NCBI GenBank assembly: GCA_900319225.1 | Contig: ONNV01000001.1 | Span: forward strand, 96,663 to 160,662 | DNA: 64,000 nt | Direction of reading: 5' to 3' | DNA from: an uncultured Prevotellaceae bacterium | GTDB lineage: Bacteria > Bacteroidota > Bacteroidia > Bacteroidales > Bacteroidaceae | Part shown: positions 45,281-54,758 of the stretch, piece after piece | Layout of the letters: each line of letters opens with the position of its first letter | Position numbering within the stretch: the stretch's first letter is position 1 | Made by a program: the position numbers and the translations under genes | The notes under the pieces: model-generated | Seen by the model: the letters and a program-made list of their open reading frames with translations, nothing else | What the model was told of the DNA's origin: nothing | Database searches by the model: none

Positions 45281-46147
45281 TTACAGGCGCTCTCCGCAAT
45301 GCTTGCAATAATTAGCACTAAGGTCAGTCTTTTGGTTGCAGCGGGGGCATCGGCCGTTCTTGCCCTTCTTCTGGGTGGTGTCAATCATTGTGGCCGATAC
45401 GATACCGGTGGGCACGGCAATGATGGTGTAACCCAGGATCATCACTATTCCTGACAGGAACTTGCCCAGTGCCGTTACAGGCGTTATATCACCGTAACCT
45501 ACGGTGGTGAGCGTCACTATAGCCCAATAGATGCTGGTGGGGATGCTGGTGAACCGGGTTTGCGGGGTGCCGCTCTCCACTATGTACATTATGGTGCCCA
45601 GAATGCATACCAGCACTACCACGAACATGAAATAGACCAGAATCTTGGTAAGGCTCTTGCGTATGCTCTCCAGCAGCAGGTAGCCCTCATTGAGGAATGA
45701 GAACAACTTGAGTACCCTGAATATGCGGAACAGACGGAACGTACGCATCAGGGACAGGTATCTGAGCGGCGGGAACACAACACTGAGCAGCTGGGGCAGG
45801 GTGGCCATCAGGTCTATGATACCAAAGAAACTCAGGACATACTCCCGTTTTACAGGTGAGCAGTATACCCTGAGAATATACTCAATGGCAAAGAGTATGC
45901 TCAGTACGTATTCAAGAACGATAATTGAGGCCTTGAGTATACCTACACCGTCCAGCTCCAGGTTAACAAGGGCCTTGAAAGAGAAATCATCCACCTTGAC
46001 CACGCTTTCCAATGACGCCATTATTATGCATAGCGCAATGGCAATCATTATGGCTATGTCAACAGGCTTGGAAAGCCGATCGGTTCCCTCAAACAGGATC
46101 CTGTACAGTCTCTTTTTGTCTTTGATTATAGATATCAGCTTTTTCAT
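45281..46147 (-). CDS. Voltage-gated-type (6TM) potassium channel with a C-terminal zinc-ribbon tail
   Basis: 288 aa with a TTVGYGD selectivity filter and an S4-like segment RTFRLFRIFRVLKLF. The C-terminus is GRCPRCNQKTDLSANYCKHCGERL (CxxC..CxxC). Confidence 0.85.
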   Translation of the reverse strand: MKKLISIIKDKKRLYRILFEGTDRLSKPVDIAIMIAIALCIIMASLESVVKVDDFSFKALVNLELDGVGILKASIIVLEYVLSILFAIEYILRVYCSPVKREYVLSFFGIIDLMATLPQLLSVVFPPLRYLSLMRTFRLFRIFRVLKLFSFLNEGYLLLESIRKSLTKILVYFMFVVVLVCILGTIMYIVESGTPQTRFTSIPTSIYWAIVTLTTVGYGDITPVTALGKFLSGIVMILGYTIIAVPTGIVSATMIDTTQKKGKNGRCPRCNQKTDLSANYCKHCGERL

Positions 46148-46149
46148 CT

Positions 46150-47523
46150 TTATTTTGCGTTTTTCCCCTCATAGTCTTTAAGTGCACGGATGGCCTTGGG
46201 GTAGAGCAGTATGATGGATATGAGCGTTCCCCACGCCATCAGTCCTACGCCTATATCGCCCATTTGCCAGACCACATCGGCCTCACGGACGGCTCCATAA
46301 ATGACCGATGCCAGCAATACCGCCTGGGCTATGCGAATCACTACCTTGACACGGTTGGAGTGCTTGTTCCTGAACAGGTATATTATGCTGGATTCTGCAT
46401 AGAAATAGTAGGCCATGATGGTGCTGTAGACAAAGAATATCATGGCAATCGATACGAACTGGCTGCCAAAACCGGCAAAAACGGAATCGACCGCGCTCTG
46501 GGTGAATGCGGCGTAGTTGTTGCCCAGTTCAGGGGCGCTTGCAAGCAGCATGTTGCCATCGGCATCTATTATGTTGTAGGTACCGGATGTGAGTATCATC
46601 AGGGCTGTGGCCGTGCATACAAAGAGCGTATCCACATAGACAGAGAATGATTGAGCCAGGCCCTGCTGTGCCGGGGCGTCTACATCGGCTGCGGCCGATA
46701 CGATGGCTCCCGTTCCTTGGCCGGCCTCATTTGAGAATATGCCGCGCTTTACGCCCATGGATATGGTTGAACCTATTATTCCGCCGGTGATGGGATTGAT
46801 TCCGAATGCCCCTTTTACAATGCTGCCCAGAACTGCAGGCACGTCATGTATGTGGTAGCCTACCACGATAAGGGCAAGTATGATATAGCCCAATGCCATG
46901 AACGGAGTGACGATTGATGCTACCATTGCTATGCGCTTTATACCGCCTATTATGACTATTCCCAGCAGAACCGCCATGATTATGCCCGATGTGAGTGTGG
47001 ATACGGGGAATGCGTTATTCATGGTTGTGGAGGCTCCGTTGGACTGTACCATGGGGAGGCAGATGCCGCAAGCTATGAGTGTGATAATGGCAAATATGAC
47101 TCCCAGCCTGTGTCTGCCCAGTCCGTCATCAAAGAGATTGAACGGTCCGCCGCGGAACTCACCGTTATGGCGGAACTTGTACATCTGTGACAGGGTGGAT
47201 TCTACAAAGGCGGTCGATGCCCCCAGAAATGCAACTATCCACATCCAGAATACGGCTCCTGGACCGCCGAATGCGATGGCTGTGGCCACACCAACTATGT
47301 TTCCGGTACCCACTCTGCCTGACAGGGCGATGCAGAAAGCCTCAAATGATGATATGCCGTCAGCGCCGCGTCTCTTGCTGAACAGAGAACGCACCATAAG
47401 TCCCAGACGGCGTACCTGCACCATACGTGTGCAGATGGAGAAGAACAGTCCGGCTCCCAGCAGCAGTACAACCAATGCCGGGTTCCAGACAATCTTGTTA
47501 ATACTTGAAACTATATCGTTCAT
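46150..47523 (-). CDS. Alanine/glycine:cation symporter (AGCS family)
   Basis: 457 aa, polytopic: ..SSFEAFCIALSGRVGTGNIVGVATAI..GGPGAVFWMW.. Confidence 0.85.
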   Translation of the reverse strand: MNDIVSSINKIVWNPALVVLLLGAGLFFSICTRMVQVRRLGLMVRSLFSKRRGADGISSFEAFCIALSGRVGTGNIVGVATAIAFGGPGAVFWMWIVAFLGASTAFVESTLSQMYKFRHNGEFRGGPFNLFDDGLGRHRLGVIFAIITLIACGICLPMVQSNGASTTMNNAFPVSTLTSGIIMAVLLGIVIIGGIKRIAMVASIVTPFMALGYIILALIVVGYHIHDVPAVLGSIVKGAFGINPITGGIIGSTISMGVKRGIFSNEAGQGTGAIVSAAADVDAPAQQGLAQSFSVYVDTLFVCTATALMILTSGTYNIIDADGNMLLASAPELGNNYAAFTQSAVDSVFAGFGSQFVSIAMIFFVYSTIMAYYFYAESSIIYLFRNKHSNRVKVVIRIAQAVLLASVIYGAVREADVVWQMGDIGVGLMAWGTLISIILLYPKAIRALKDYEGKNAK

Positions 47524-47536
47524 ATTTTTCCCTAAT

Positions 47537-47625
47537 ACGCGAACAGAAGGTTTAGCTCGACGAAGTCAACCGTCCCCAACGCGAACAGAACCGTCCCCAA
47601 CGCGAACAGAACCGTCCCCTTTGCG
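47537..47625. repeat. Tandem array of ACGCGAACAGAACCGTCCCCA units filling the intergenic gap
   Basis: Full units lie at 47579-47599 and 47600-47619. An upstream unit (47537-47578) is split by an 18-nt insertion. The array ends CCCCTTTGCG and shares the AGAACCGTCCCC core with the 26918 and 56142 elements. Confidence 0.85.
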
Positions 47626-49716
47626 TTATTTATACGGATCCTTGTTGCCCGGTTTCCACGTGCAGCCACCGGCCAGGATGGGGTAGACAACCGACGGGAA
47701 ACAGAGACTCTGATAAATTGTATACTCGTTGTTCTGGTAATTGTCCAGGATATCTATGTAAGCACGCTCACGGGGTGTCCTGTTGCGGCTAATTGCCGGA
47801 TAACTAGGATAGTTACGTACGTAATTGCCTGCTCCGAATACCAGTATTCCCGGACGCGGACCCCATCCCTTCTCAATAGTGTATGCACTCTCGCGGTCAT
47901 GCGGCCAGTGTACCTGATTGAATCCCAGGGTAGTCATGTAGCACTTGCCCAGCGGGTTCAGTCCAAGGGCGTAGTCCATCATCTGGCTTACCACATCAAT
48001 GTACTCCTGATTGCCGGTGAGCCTCCACATAAGAACTATGGGAAATGAGTATTGTCCCTGGGCCACGTTGCTGCCCCACCAGTTCACGTTGATGGATACT
48101 CCGTTGGGGTAGGCGTTCTCTTTGAATGCAGCCATCTGGGATGCAACGGTTACGGTAAGTACATCCATGAACTTCAGTACGGTTGCCGGGTCAGTCTTGT
48201 TGGCAGGGGCAAGCAGGTAACTGAAAAAATAGGATGTCAGCCAGCCGCGCTCGGCAAATATCTCCGATCCCTGATTATAGGTATCCTTCATTGTCATGGC
48301 GTCATAGGCATGCTCCTTTACATACTCGTGGCAGGCCTCATCGCCGGTCATCAGGTATTTCTCCACATTGTAATACATCTGGAATGTGGCAGGCATCTGG
48401 CGGTTACGCTCGGCATAAACCCTTTCTGATGCGCTGTGTGCCAGCTCTGCACGCTCAGCATACTCCTTGCTCTTGGCCTCGTCATAAGGCTTTATGATGC
48501 GGGCAAAATGGTAGAACAGGCCCGATGCCCAGGCCGATGTACGCGGGTCAAGCACCTCGGACCCGAACAGATGGTCCTCAAAGTCATATGTGGTAAAGGG
48601 CGAGTAGCCGTTGGTCTCGGTTCCCCATGGAATCTGGCCGTCCTCCTCCTGGAAGTATTTCCAGAACATGGTGCCCCATTCAGCCTCGTCAAGGATATCG
48701 GGAATGCCGTTGCCCTTGCCCAGTATGTTAAACTGATTGTCAAACTTATCGGGTATATTGAACTGGTCATCGGTAAAGAGGCTGGGGAATGCCTCGAACG
48801 TGGTGAGCAAGGTGCTGGGTACGTCCATGTGGTAGGTGCGGCGGTCTGCATCGCCTGCATCATGGTAACCGCCCCATGCCTGGATGGTGGGCTCATCGCC
48901 CTTTACTACCAGGCTGGCCTCATTGATGCGGTAATAGGTCTGGTAGATTGTCTCATGACAGCGCTTGGTGCGGTAGCTGAAATCAGAGTAGGGCTCTATA
49001 ATCTGGATTCCGCAGCGCTGGTTGAACAGGGAGCGGAAACTGGTGTATGAGAGCTTCTGTGAGAACTGTCCGCCTACGCCAAATGGGTATGATGAACCGT
49101 AACCGTCAACTACGATCTTGTAGGGACCGCCCTCAGGTACCTGTGAGAGGTCAATGCGGTAGACATAATCTCCCGATGAACGGTCATCGCCAATCTCCAC
49201 AAGACGGCCCGACGTCACTTTCTTGCTCAGTTTGGACTTCTTGTACTGATATACGGTATACTTGGGCAGGTCACCCTCAATCTTCTTTACGCCGCCGTCG
49301 CCCAGATAGATGGCAAAGTTTGCAAAACGTTTGGTAGAGAGGGCACTGTATGCAACCTGATTGGTCTTGATGGCCTCACAGAATATATCCCTGTCATTGA
49401 AATTGAAGATGTAGCTGCCGTAGGGGGTATCAATAATGTATTTCTTTCCGTTAGTGAGGGTGGGCACGGTAAGGTAGATGAAATGGTCACACTGGTCTGC
49501 AGCTGCGGCAACACGGTTCACAGCCAGTGCCGGGGTCCCGTTCACCTTCCACTGGGTGGAATCAGATATGTCCACCTCATTGACATCGAGCGTGTCACTC
49601 TGATAGAAGAGTTCAATTACATTGTTTGAGGCTGTACGTATTTCACGTAAAGTAAGCCCGGCGCTGGCTGAGAGGGTTATCAGCTGGCTCAAAAATGCGG
49701 TTAGCAAGGTTTTCAT
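47626..49716 (-). CDS. Glycoside hydrolase family 9-like protein with an N-terminal Ig-like domain
   Basis: WGGYHDAGDADRR (compare the GH9 DAGD catalytic aspartates) and C-terminal ..NNEYTIYQS... The start is trimmed to MKTLLTAF.. because a minus-strand TAtcTTTG box (49740-49747) lies inside the longer track ORF. Confidence 0.65.
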   Translation of the reverse strand: MKTLLTAFLSQLITLSASAGLTLREIRTASNNVIELFYQSDTLDVNEVDISDSTQWKVNGTPALAVNRVAAAADQCDHFIYLTVPTLTNGKKYIIDTPYGSYIFNFNDRDIFCEAIKTNQVAYSALSTKRFANFAIYLGDGGVKKIEGDLPKYTVYQYKKSKLSKKVTSGRLVEIGDDRSSGDYVYRIDLSQVPEGGPYKIVVDGYGSSYPFGVGGQFSQKLSYTSFRSLFNQRCGIQIIEPYSDFSYRTKRCHETIYQTYYRINEASLVVKGDEPTIQAWGGYHDAGDADRRTYHMDVPSTLLTTFEAFPSLFTDDQFNIPDKFDNQFNILGKGNGIPDILDEAEWGTMFWKYFQEEDGQIPWGTETNGYSPFTTYDFEDHLFGSEVLDPRTSAWASGLFYHFARIIKPYDEAKSKEYAERAELAHSASERVYAERNRQMPATFQMYYNVEKYLMTGDEACHEYVKEHAYDAMTMKDTYNQGSEIFAERGWLTSYFFSYLLAPANKTDPATVLKFMDVLTVTVASQMAAFKENAYPNGVSINVNWWGSNVAQGQYSFPIVLMWRLTGNQEYIDVVSQMMDYALGLNPLGKCYMTTLGFNQVHWPHDRESAYTIEKGWGPRPGILVFGAGNYVRNYPSYPAISRNRTPRERAYIDILDNYQNNEYTIYQSLCFPSVVYPILAGGCTWKPGNKDPYK

Positions 49717-49828
49717 CAGCAAAATGATTATAAATGCTACAAAGATAAGATTCAAATCCTATTTTTTCCCATCAGGAGTGCCGTTATTACAGATATTAGT
49801 GCGATTTTTGCAGAAAACCTTATTCTAT

Positions 49829-52800
49829 ATGTTTCTAACCAATATCAAAACCATTTTCCGCAAGCGTGCGGTTGCAATTTTAGGGTTGTTTGCATTATCA
49901 ATTCCTGTTCATTCACAGTATTTTGCCTTAACAGGTGAAAAGTCATTCTCAGGCTGGTCACAGATTACGACTAGCAAGTACAACATCATATATCCCGCGG
50001 GGTTGGACAGTCTTGGCTTGAAATATGCCGACTCTTTTGAGACCTATTACCGTCTGTTGGGTGCATCGGCCGGTTATTATCCGGGTCAGTTGTTGAATTA
50101 TCCCATTCCGGTAGTGCTGCATACGCGATATCCTAAAGGAAACGGTGTTGCAGAGGTGGCACCAAGCCGAATGGAGCTGTTTACGATAGGAGATCCGTAC
50201 AGCACGTTCACTAATTTGCCGTTTGACAAGATGCTGGCTATCCATGAGGGACGCCATTTGGCCCAGTTCCAGTTCTCCAGAGACGGCTCATGGGATTGGA
50301 TGAAGGTGCTGTTCGGTGAGAGTTTGTCATTTTATGTGAGCCGTCTGTATGCCAATGTAGCGCTCTTGGAGGGTGATGCCGTGGTTATGGAGACTGCGTT
50401 GACCGATGGCGGTCGCGGACGTATGGCTAACTTCCTGGAGTATTACCGTATGGCACTGGACAGGAATGATTACCGTAACTGGTTCCGTTGGAGATATGGC
50501 TCACAGCGCTTCTATACCCCTGATTATTACAAGATAGGTTATATGACGGTGGCAGGAACGAGATATCTGTCACACAGATGGGACTTTACAAGAAACTATC
50601 TGTCAAGAAACACCAGAATATTCAGTTTCCATGCTTTTGAGAAGACTCTCTTTGATTACACCCATACTGACATAAACAATTCATGGAGACAGATTGCCGA
50701 TGCATTCAGGACCATCTGGACTGAGGATGATAAGGTGCGCGGTCCGTTCCAGGATGTGGAGAGTCTTGTTGCAGATAACTCCAGGTTCTTTCCCACTTAC
50801 AAGAGTCTGGTACAGACTGCCGACGGCCGCCTGATGGCAGTACGTTCGGATATGGATAAGACAATGGAGCTGGTAGAGATACTTCCTGACGGTAGTGAGA
50901 ACCACGTGAGGTATTTCAATGCTGCCAGCAAACTTGCCTACTCAGCCGCCACAAACTGCATTTACTGGTCTGAGGCTGTTTGGGATACCCGATGGGGAAT
51001 GTACGGAGATTCCCGTATCAGACAGCTCAAGGTAGGTTCAAAAAGCATACAGGACTTTACAAAGGATGGTTACTTTGTCAGCCCTGCTGTGTCGGCCGAT
51101 GGCAAGACCCTGGCCGCTGTACAGCTCTTTGAGGACGGAACAAGCAGTGTGGTAATCCTGGATATGAATGACGGCCATGTAGTCCGTTCCATCCGTCCTC
51201 TTGCCGGTACAAATGCCAGGGAGGTGGCATTTCTGGCCGATGAGGTGGTATTCACCGCAATGGGTGATGACGGTACAGGCCTTTATTCCACAGATTTTGA
51301 CAAGGTAAAGGTTCTGGTGGAGCCTGCCATATTGCTGACCCGTGGCCTGATATCACATGATGATGCCGTCTATTTCACGTCCGATAGGAACGGTACCGAT
51401 GAGATATACTCATACTCGCATGCAGAGGGCGTCAGACAGCAGACTAACACCAAATACGGTGTGTCAAATGCATTCTTCAAGGATGACAAGCTCTGTTTCA
51501 CGGCATTGACCCCTAATGGCAGAATGCCGGCAACGGTGCAGGAGCCATTAGGCAGGAGCGTTGATTACGGTGACCGTTACACCTATCCCATAGCCGAATT
51601 CCTGTCAAAACAGGAGAGCGGCATTGAGCGTTTCCCGGTATTGACTGAACATGGTACGCCCCAGAAGCATTCCGGAATGGACGGACTCATGATACATTCA
51701 TGGATACCGCTATATATTAACCAGGAAGGTGTCATGGTAGGATCGGAGTCATATCTTCCTGCTGAGACATCATCTCTGGGCTTTACGGCCTATTTCCAGA
51801 ACATGCCTACCACACTGAGCGGTAGCCTGGCGTTCTCTGTTACCAGTGACCCGTTCCAAACAATCGACAAAGAGAAACAGACCTCAACGCATTATCTTCT
51901 GCCGGGACTGCATCTCAAGATGAATTATAGCGGTCTCTATCCGGTGTTTGACATAGCTTTTGATATGGGTAAGAGATACTCGGCCGATACATTCTGGGGT
52001 TACATCTATGAAGATGGAATGGATAAGTATAAACTGATGAGCCAGAAATCCCAGGATGGCGGCATCTTTATGGGCGGACGTGCAACCGTCTCTATCCCTC
52101 TTTATTTCTCATCGGGCGGATGGAACAGGGCGGTTCAGCCGTTTGTAGGTGTCCAGACCAGCACGGATATGGTCGCAGCCGAATACCGCACTCTCAGACT
52201 CAGTGAAGTTGATGAAAAGACATACAGCCCCATTGAACCTGTCAACACCGGTCTCTATCCCACAACCCGTATGATTGCCGGCTTGTCTGCAGATATCAGC
52301 CTGGATGTACCTCAGTCATGCATCATTCCCAAATGGGGTATAGGTGGCGGCCTGCAGTATTCAATGAACTCATTCGCCAATTCATTCTATGCAATGATTT
52401 ATGGATATCTGCCCGGTTTCATGTCCACTCACGGCATCGCGCTCAGTGCCAGTATGCAGAAAAAGAATATGAAACTGCATTCCACCAAGGCCGATGTGTG
52501 GTCATTTGACATGTATGACATGACTCCCCGCGGTTATTACAACTCCGATGCCTGGGCCCGTATAAAACTTGACTATACTGACACCTATCACTTTACTGCC
52601 GATTACGTGTTCCCGCTGTTCTATATGGATATGGCGATAGGACAGTGCATCTATGTAAGGAACATGGAGGTGAATCCCTTTGTGGACTTTACCTATGCCA
52701 GCAAGCCCGGAAGGTCCGACCATATGCTGAGCACAGGAGTTGAGATGCTGTTCCGCTTTGAGAAACTGTTCTTCATGACCGGAACGTCAAGACTTGGCGT

Positions 52801-52891
52801 GAGATACAGTTATAACGATGATACTCTGGGTGATATGATTGATCGTCAGAGAATGATGACATTGCAGGCTGTAGCAGGTATCACATTCTGA
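49829..52891 (+). CDS. Large exported protein: HExxH region, TolB/PD40-like repeats and a beta-barrel-like C-terminus
   Basis: 1020 aa from MFLTNIKTIFRKRAVAILGLFALSIPVHSQ (signal peptide). The track start at 49622 overlaps the divergent GH9 gene. It contains LAIHEGRHLAQ followed by LLEGDAVVME, PD40-like segments (SADGKTLAAV, TSDRNGTDEIYSY), and a C-terminal third rich in alternating aromatics ending ..VAGITF. Confidence 0.6.
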   Translation: MFLTNIKTIFRKRAVAILGLFALSIPVHSQYFALTGEKSFSGWSQITTSKYNIIYPAGLDSLGLKYADSFETYYRLLGASAGYYPGQLLNYPIPVVLHTRYPKGNGVAEVAPSRMELFTIGDPYSTFTNLPFDKMLAIHEGRHLAQFQFSRDGSWDWMKVLFGESLSFYVSRLYANVALLEGDAVVMETALTDGGRGRMANFLEYYRMALDRNDYRNWFRWRYGSQRFYTPDYYKIGYMTVAGTRYLSHRWDFTRNYLSRNTRIFSFHAFEKTLFDYTHTDINNSWRQIADAFRTIWTEDDKVRGPFQDVESLVADNSRFFPTYKSLVQTADGRLMAVRSDMDKTMELVEILPDGSENHVRYFNAASKLAYSAATNCIYWSEAVWDTRWGMYGDSRIRQLKVGSKSIQDFTKDGYFVSPAVSADGKTLAAVQLFEDGTSSVVILDMNDGHVVRSIRPLAGTNAREVAFLADEVVFTAMGDDGTGLYSTDFDKVKVLVEPAILLTRGLISHDDAVYFTSDRNGTDEIYSYSHAEGVRQQTNTKYGVSNAFFKDDKLCFTALTPNGRMPATVQEPLGRSVDYGDRYTYPIAEFLSKQESGIERFPVLTEHGTPQKHSGMDGLMIHSWIPLYINQEGVMVGSESYLPAETSSLGFTAYFQNMPTTLSGSLAFSVTSDPFQTIDKEKQTSTHYLLPGLHLKMNYSGLYPVFDIAFDMGKRYSADTFWGYIYEDGMDKYKLMSQKSQDGGIFMGGRATVSIPLYFSSGGWNRAVQPFVGVQTSTDMVAAEYRTLRLSEVDEKTYSPIEPVNTGLYPTTRMIAGLSADISLDVPQSCIIPKWGIGGGLQYSMNSFANSFYAMIYGYLPGFMSTHGIALSASMQKKNMKLHSTKADVWSFDMYDMTPRGYYNSDAWARIKLDYTDTYHFTADYVFPLFYMDMAIGQCIYVRNMEVNPFVDFTYASKPGRSDHMLSTGVEMLFRFEKLFFMTGTSRLGVRYSYNDDTLGDMIDRQRMMTLQAVAGITF

Positions 52892-53857
52892 TTACCTGTC
52901 AGGCACTACTATAAAATCAGGACGGACTGTGCGGTTAGGATGAATATCGTAACCGCGCAGTTTTGTTATGTTTCCTATCTTGATGAGACGGGTGGTTACG
53001 GCAAGCCCCTGAAAGGTGTGCGGGGCGCTCATGTTTGATATGTAGTTGCCCAATGACCAGACCGTAAGACTGCTGCCGGCAGAGTAACGGTGCGGCAGTG
53101 TACGGACCGGCTGCACTACATGGGGGTGGCCTCCGATGATATGGTCCACACCTATGCTGTAGAGCCACTCCTCAAGCGTTTTCTGTGATTTGTCAGGCTC
53201 CAGCCGGTACTCGGTGCCCCAGTGCATGCAGGCTATGATGCAGTCTGCCTTAAGCTGGCGGGCGCGGATGACATCGGCCTTGATCTGTGTGGTGTCTATG
53301 TAGTTGACAATGCAGGGGGCTGCCACGGGAATGCCGTTGGTGGCGTAGGTGTAGTTGAGCAGTGCTATGCGCATGGAGTTCCGCTCAATGATATAGGGGT
53401 AAAGTGAGTCGCGCTCGGCCAGGTCACGGTATGTGCCCAGATGCGGTATGCCCAGACTGTCCAGCACATCCAGAGTGCGTACAAGACCGCGGGTGCGGCG
53501 GTCCAGGCAGTGGTTGTTGGCGGTCAGGAATATGTCAAAACCTGCATCACGCACGGCTGCTGCAAGCTCATCGGGTGAGCAGAACTGGGGGTATCCGGAG
53601 TAGGGGACGCCGCCCAGAGTGGTCTCAAAGTTGCATACAGCAATATCGGCTGCCTCAATCTCAGGGGTGACCTGGGTGAAACAGCCGGTATAATCATATG
53701 TGCCGTCTGCACGGAGAGCGGCTTTAAGCTGGGCCTCATGCTGCATTATGTCTCCGGCAAAGTAGATGGAGATACTGTCTATGGTCTGGGCCGATGCACA
53801 AACGGTGCATACAAACAGCGCCCCGATCAGAGTGGTAAACCTGGCAGCACGAGCCAT
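52892..53857 (-). CDS. CapA/PGA_cap family metallophosphoesterase-like protein
   Basis: 321 aa with a signal peptide: ..FAGDIMQHE..CNFETTLGG..LTANNHCLDRR..MHWGTEY... Its stop abuts the stop of the convergent gene. Confidence 0.75.
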   Translation of the reverse strand: MARAARFTTLIGALFVCTVCASAQTIDSISIYFAGDIMQHEAQLKAALRADGTYDYTGCFTQVTPEIEAADIAVCNFETTLGGVPYSGYPQFCSPDELAAAVRDAGFDIFLTANNHCLDRRTRGLVRTLDVLDSLGIPHLGTYRDLAERDSLYPYIIERNSMRIALLNYTYATNGIPVAAPCIVNYIDTTQIKADVIRARQLKADCIIACMHWGTEYRLEPDKSQKTLEEWLYSIGVDHIIGGHPHVVQPVRTLPHRYSAGSSLTVWSLGNYISNMSAPHTFQGLAVTTRLIKIGNITKLRGYDIHPNRTVRPDFIVVPDR

Positions 53858-53863
53858 CGCGGT

Positions 53864-54745
53864 TTACTTGTAGATTGCTTTCTGGCCTGCAAGAAGGGTG
53901 TTCTTCATAAGCGAGCAGATGGTCATGGGGCCAACGCCGCCGGGAACAGGGGTTATGAAGCTGCACTTGGGAGCTACCTCATCAAACTGGACGTCGCCGC
54001 TCAGGCGGAATCCGCTCTTCTTGGTGGCATCGGGAACTCGGGTGGTACCTACGTCGATGATTACGGCACCCTCCTTGACCATATCGGCCTTTACGAATCC
54101 GGGCTGGCCCAGAGCTGCTACAATGATATCGGCCTGCAGGCACTCCTCCTTGATGTTGGCGGTATGGCTGTGGCAAATGGTCACGGTGCAGTCACCGGGA
54201 TTGGCCTTCTGCATCAGAAGGCTGGCCATGGGCTTGCCTACGATGTTGCTGCGGCCCAGCACTACGGCCTTCTTGCCGCGGGTCTCAATGTTGTAACGCT
54301 TAAGCAGCTCCATTATGCCGTTGGGTGTGGCCGATATGAAACAGGGCAGACCTATGCTCATGCGGCCCACGTTGATGGGATGGAAACCGTCTACGTCCTT
54401 GCGGTAGTCAATGGCCTCAATCACGTGCTGCTCATTGATATGCTTGGGCAGGGGGAGCTGTACTATGAATCCGTCCACATCAGGATCGTTGTTGAGCTCT
54501 GCGACCTTAGCCAGCAGAGTCTCCTCTGTGATGTCGCTCTCGTAGCGGATAAGGGTTGACTTGAATCCGCATACCTCGCAAGCCTTGACCTTGGCTGCAA
54601 CATAAGTCTCAGAACCACCGTCATGACCTACCAGTATGGCGGCCAGATGGGGGCGTTTTTCACCTCTCTCTACCATTGCGGCCACCTGGGCTGCAATCTC
54701 CTGTTTTACCTGTTCGGCAACAGCTTTACCATCAATTAATTGCAT
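53864..54745 (-). CDS. folD: Bifunctional 5,10-methylenetetrahydrofolate dehydrogenase/cyclohydrolase
   Basis: 293 aa: [58 protein letters not shown]. Confidence 0.95.
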   Translation of the reverse strand: MQLIDGKAVAEQVKQEIAAQVAAMVERGEKRPHLAAILVGHDGGSETYVAAKVKACEVCGFKSTLIRYESDITEETLLAKVAELNNDPDVDGFIVQLPLPKHINEQHVIEAIDYRKDVDGFHPINVGRMSIGLPCFISATPNGIMELLKRYNIETRGKKAVVLGRSNIVGKPMASLLMQKANPGDCTVTICHSHTANIKEECLQADIIVAALGQPGFVKADMVKEGAVIIDVGTTRVPDATKKSGFRLSGDVQFDEVAPKCSFITPVPGGVGPMTICSLMKNTLLAGQKAIYK

Positions 54746-54758
54746 ATATTGAATGTGT

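Noticed and set aside
47537-47625. A possible CRISPR array, suggested by the tandem 21-nt repeats. The triple repeat at 56142-56257 was considered in the same way.
   Set aside because: The units are directly adjacent or in mixed orientation, with no unique spacers of regular length. There are only 2-3 units and no cas genes in the window.
36343-49716. GH3 and GH9 genes as part of a polysaccharide utilisation locus.
   Set aside because: No SusC/SusD-like pair or hybrid two-component/ECF regulator is adjacent to either gene. The two are 9 kb apart, separated by unrelated genes.
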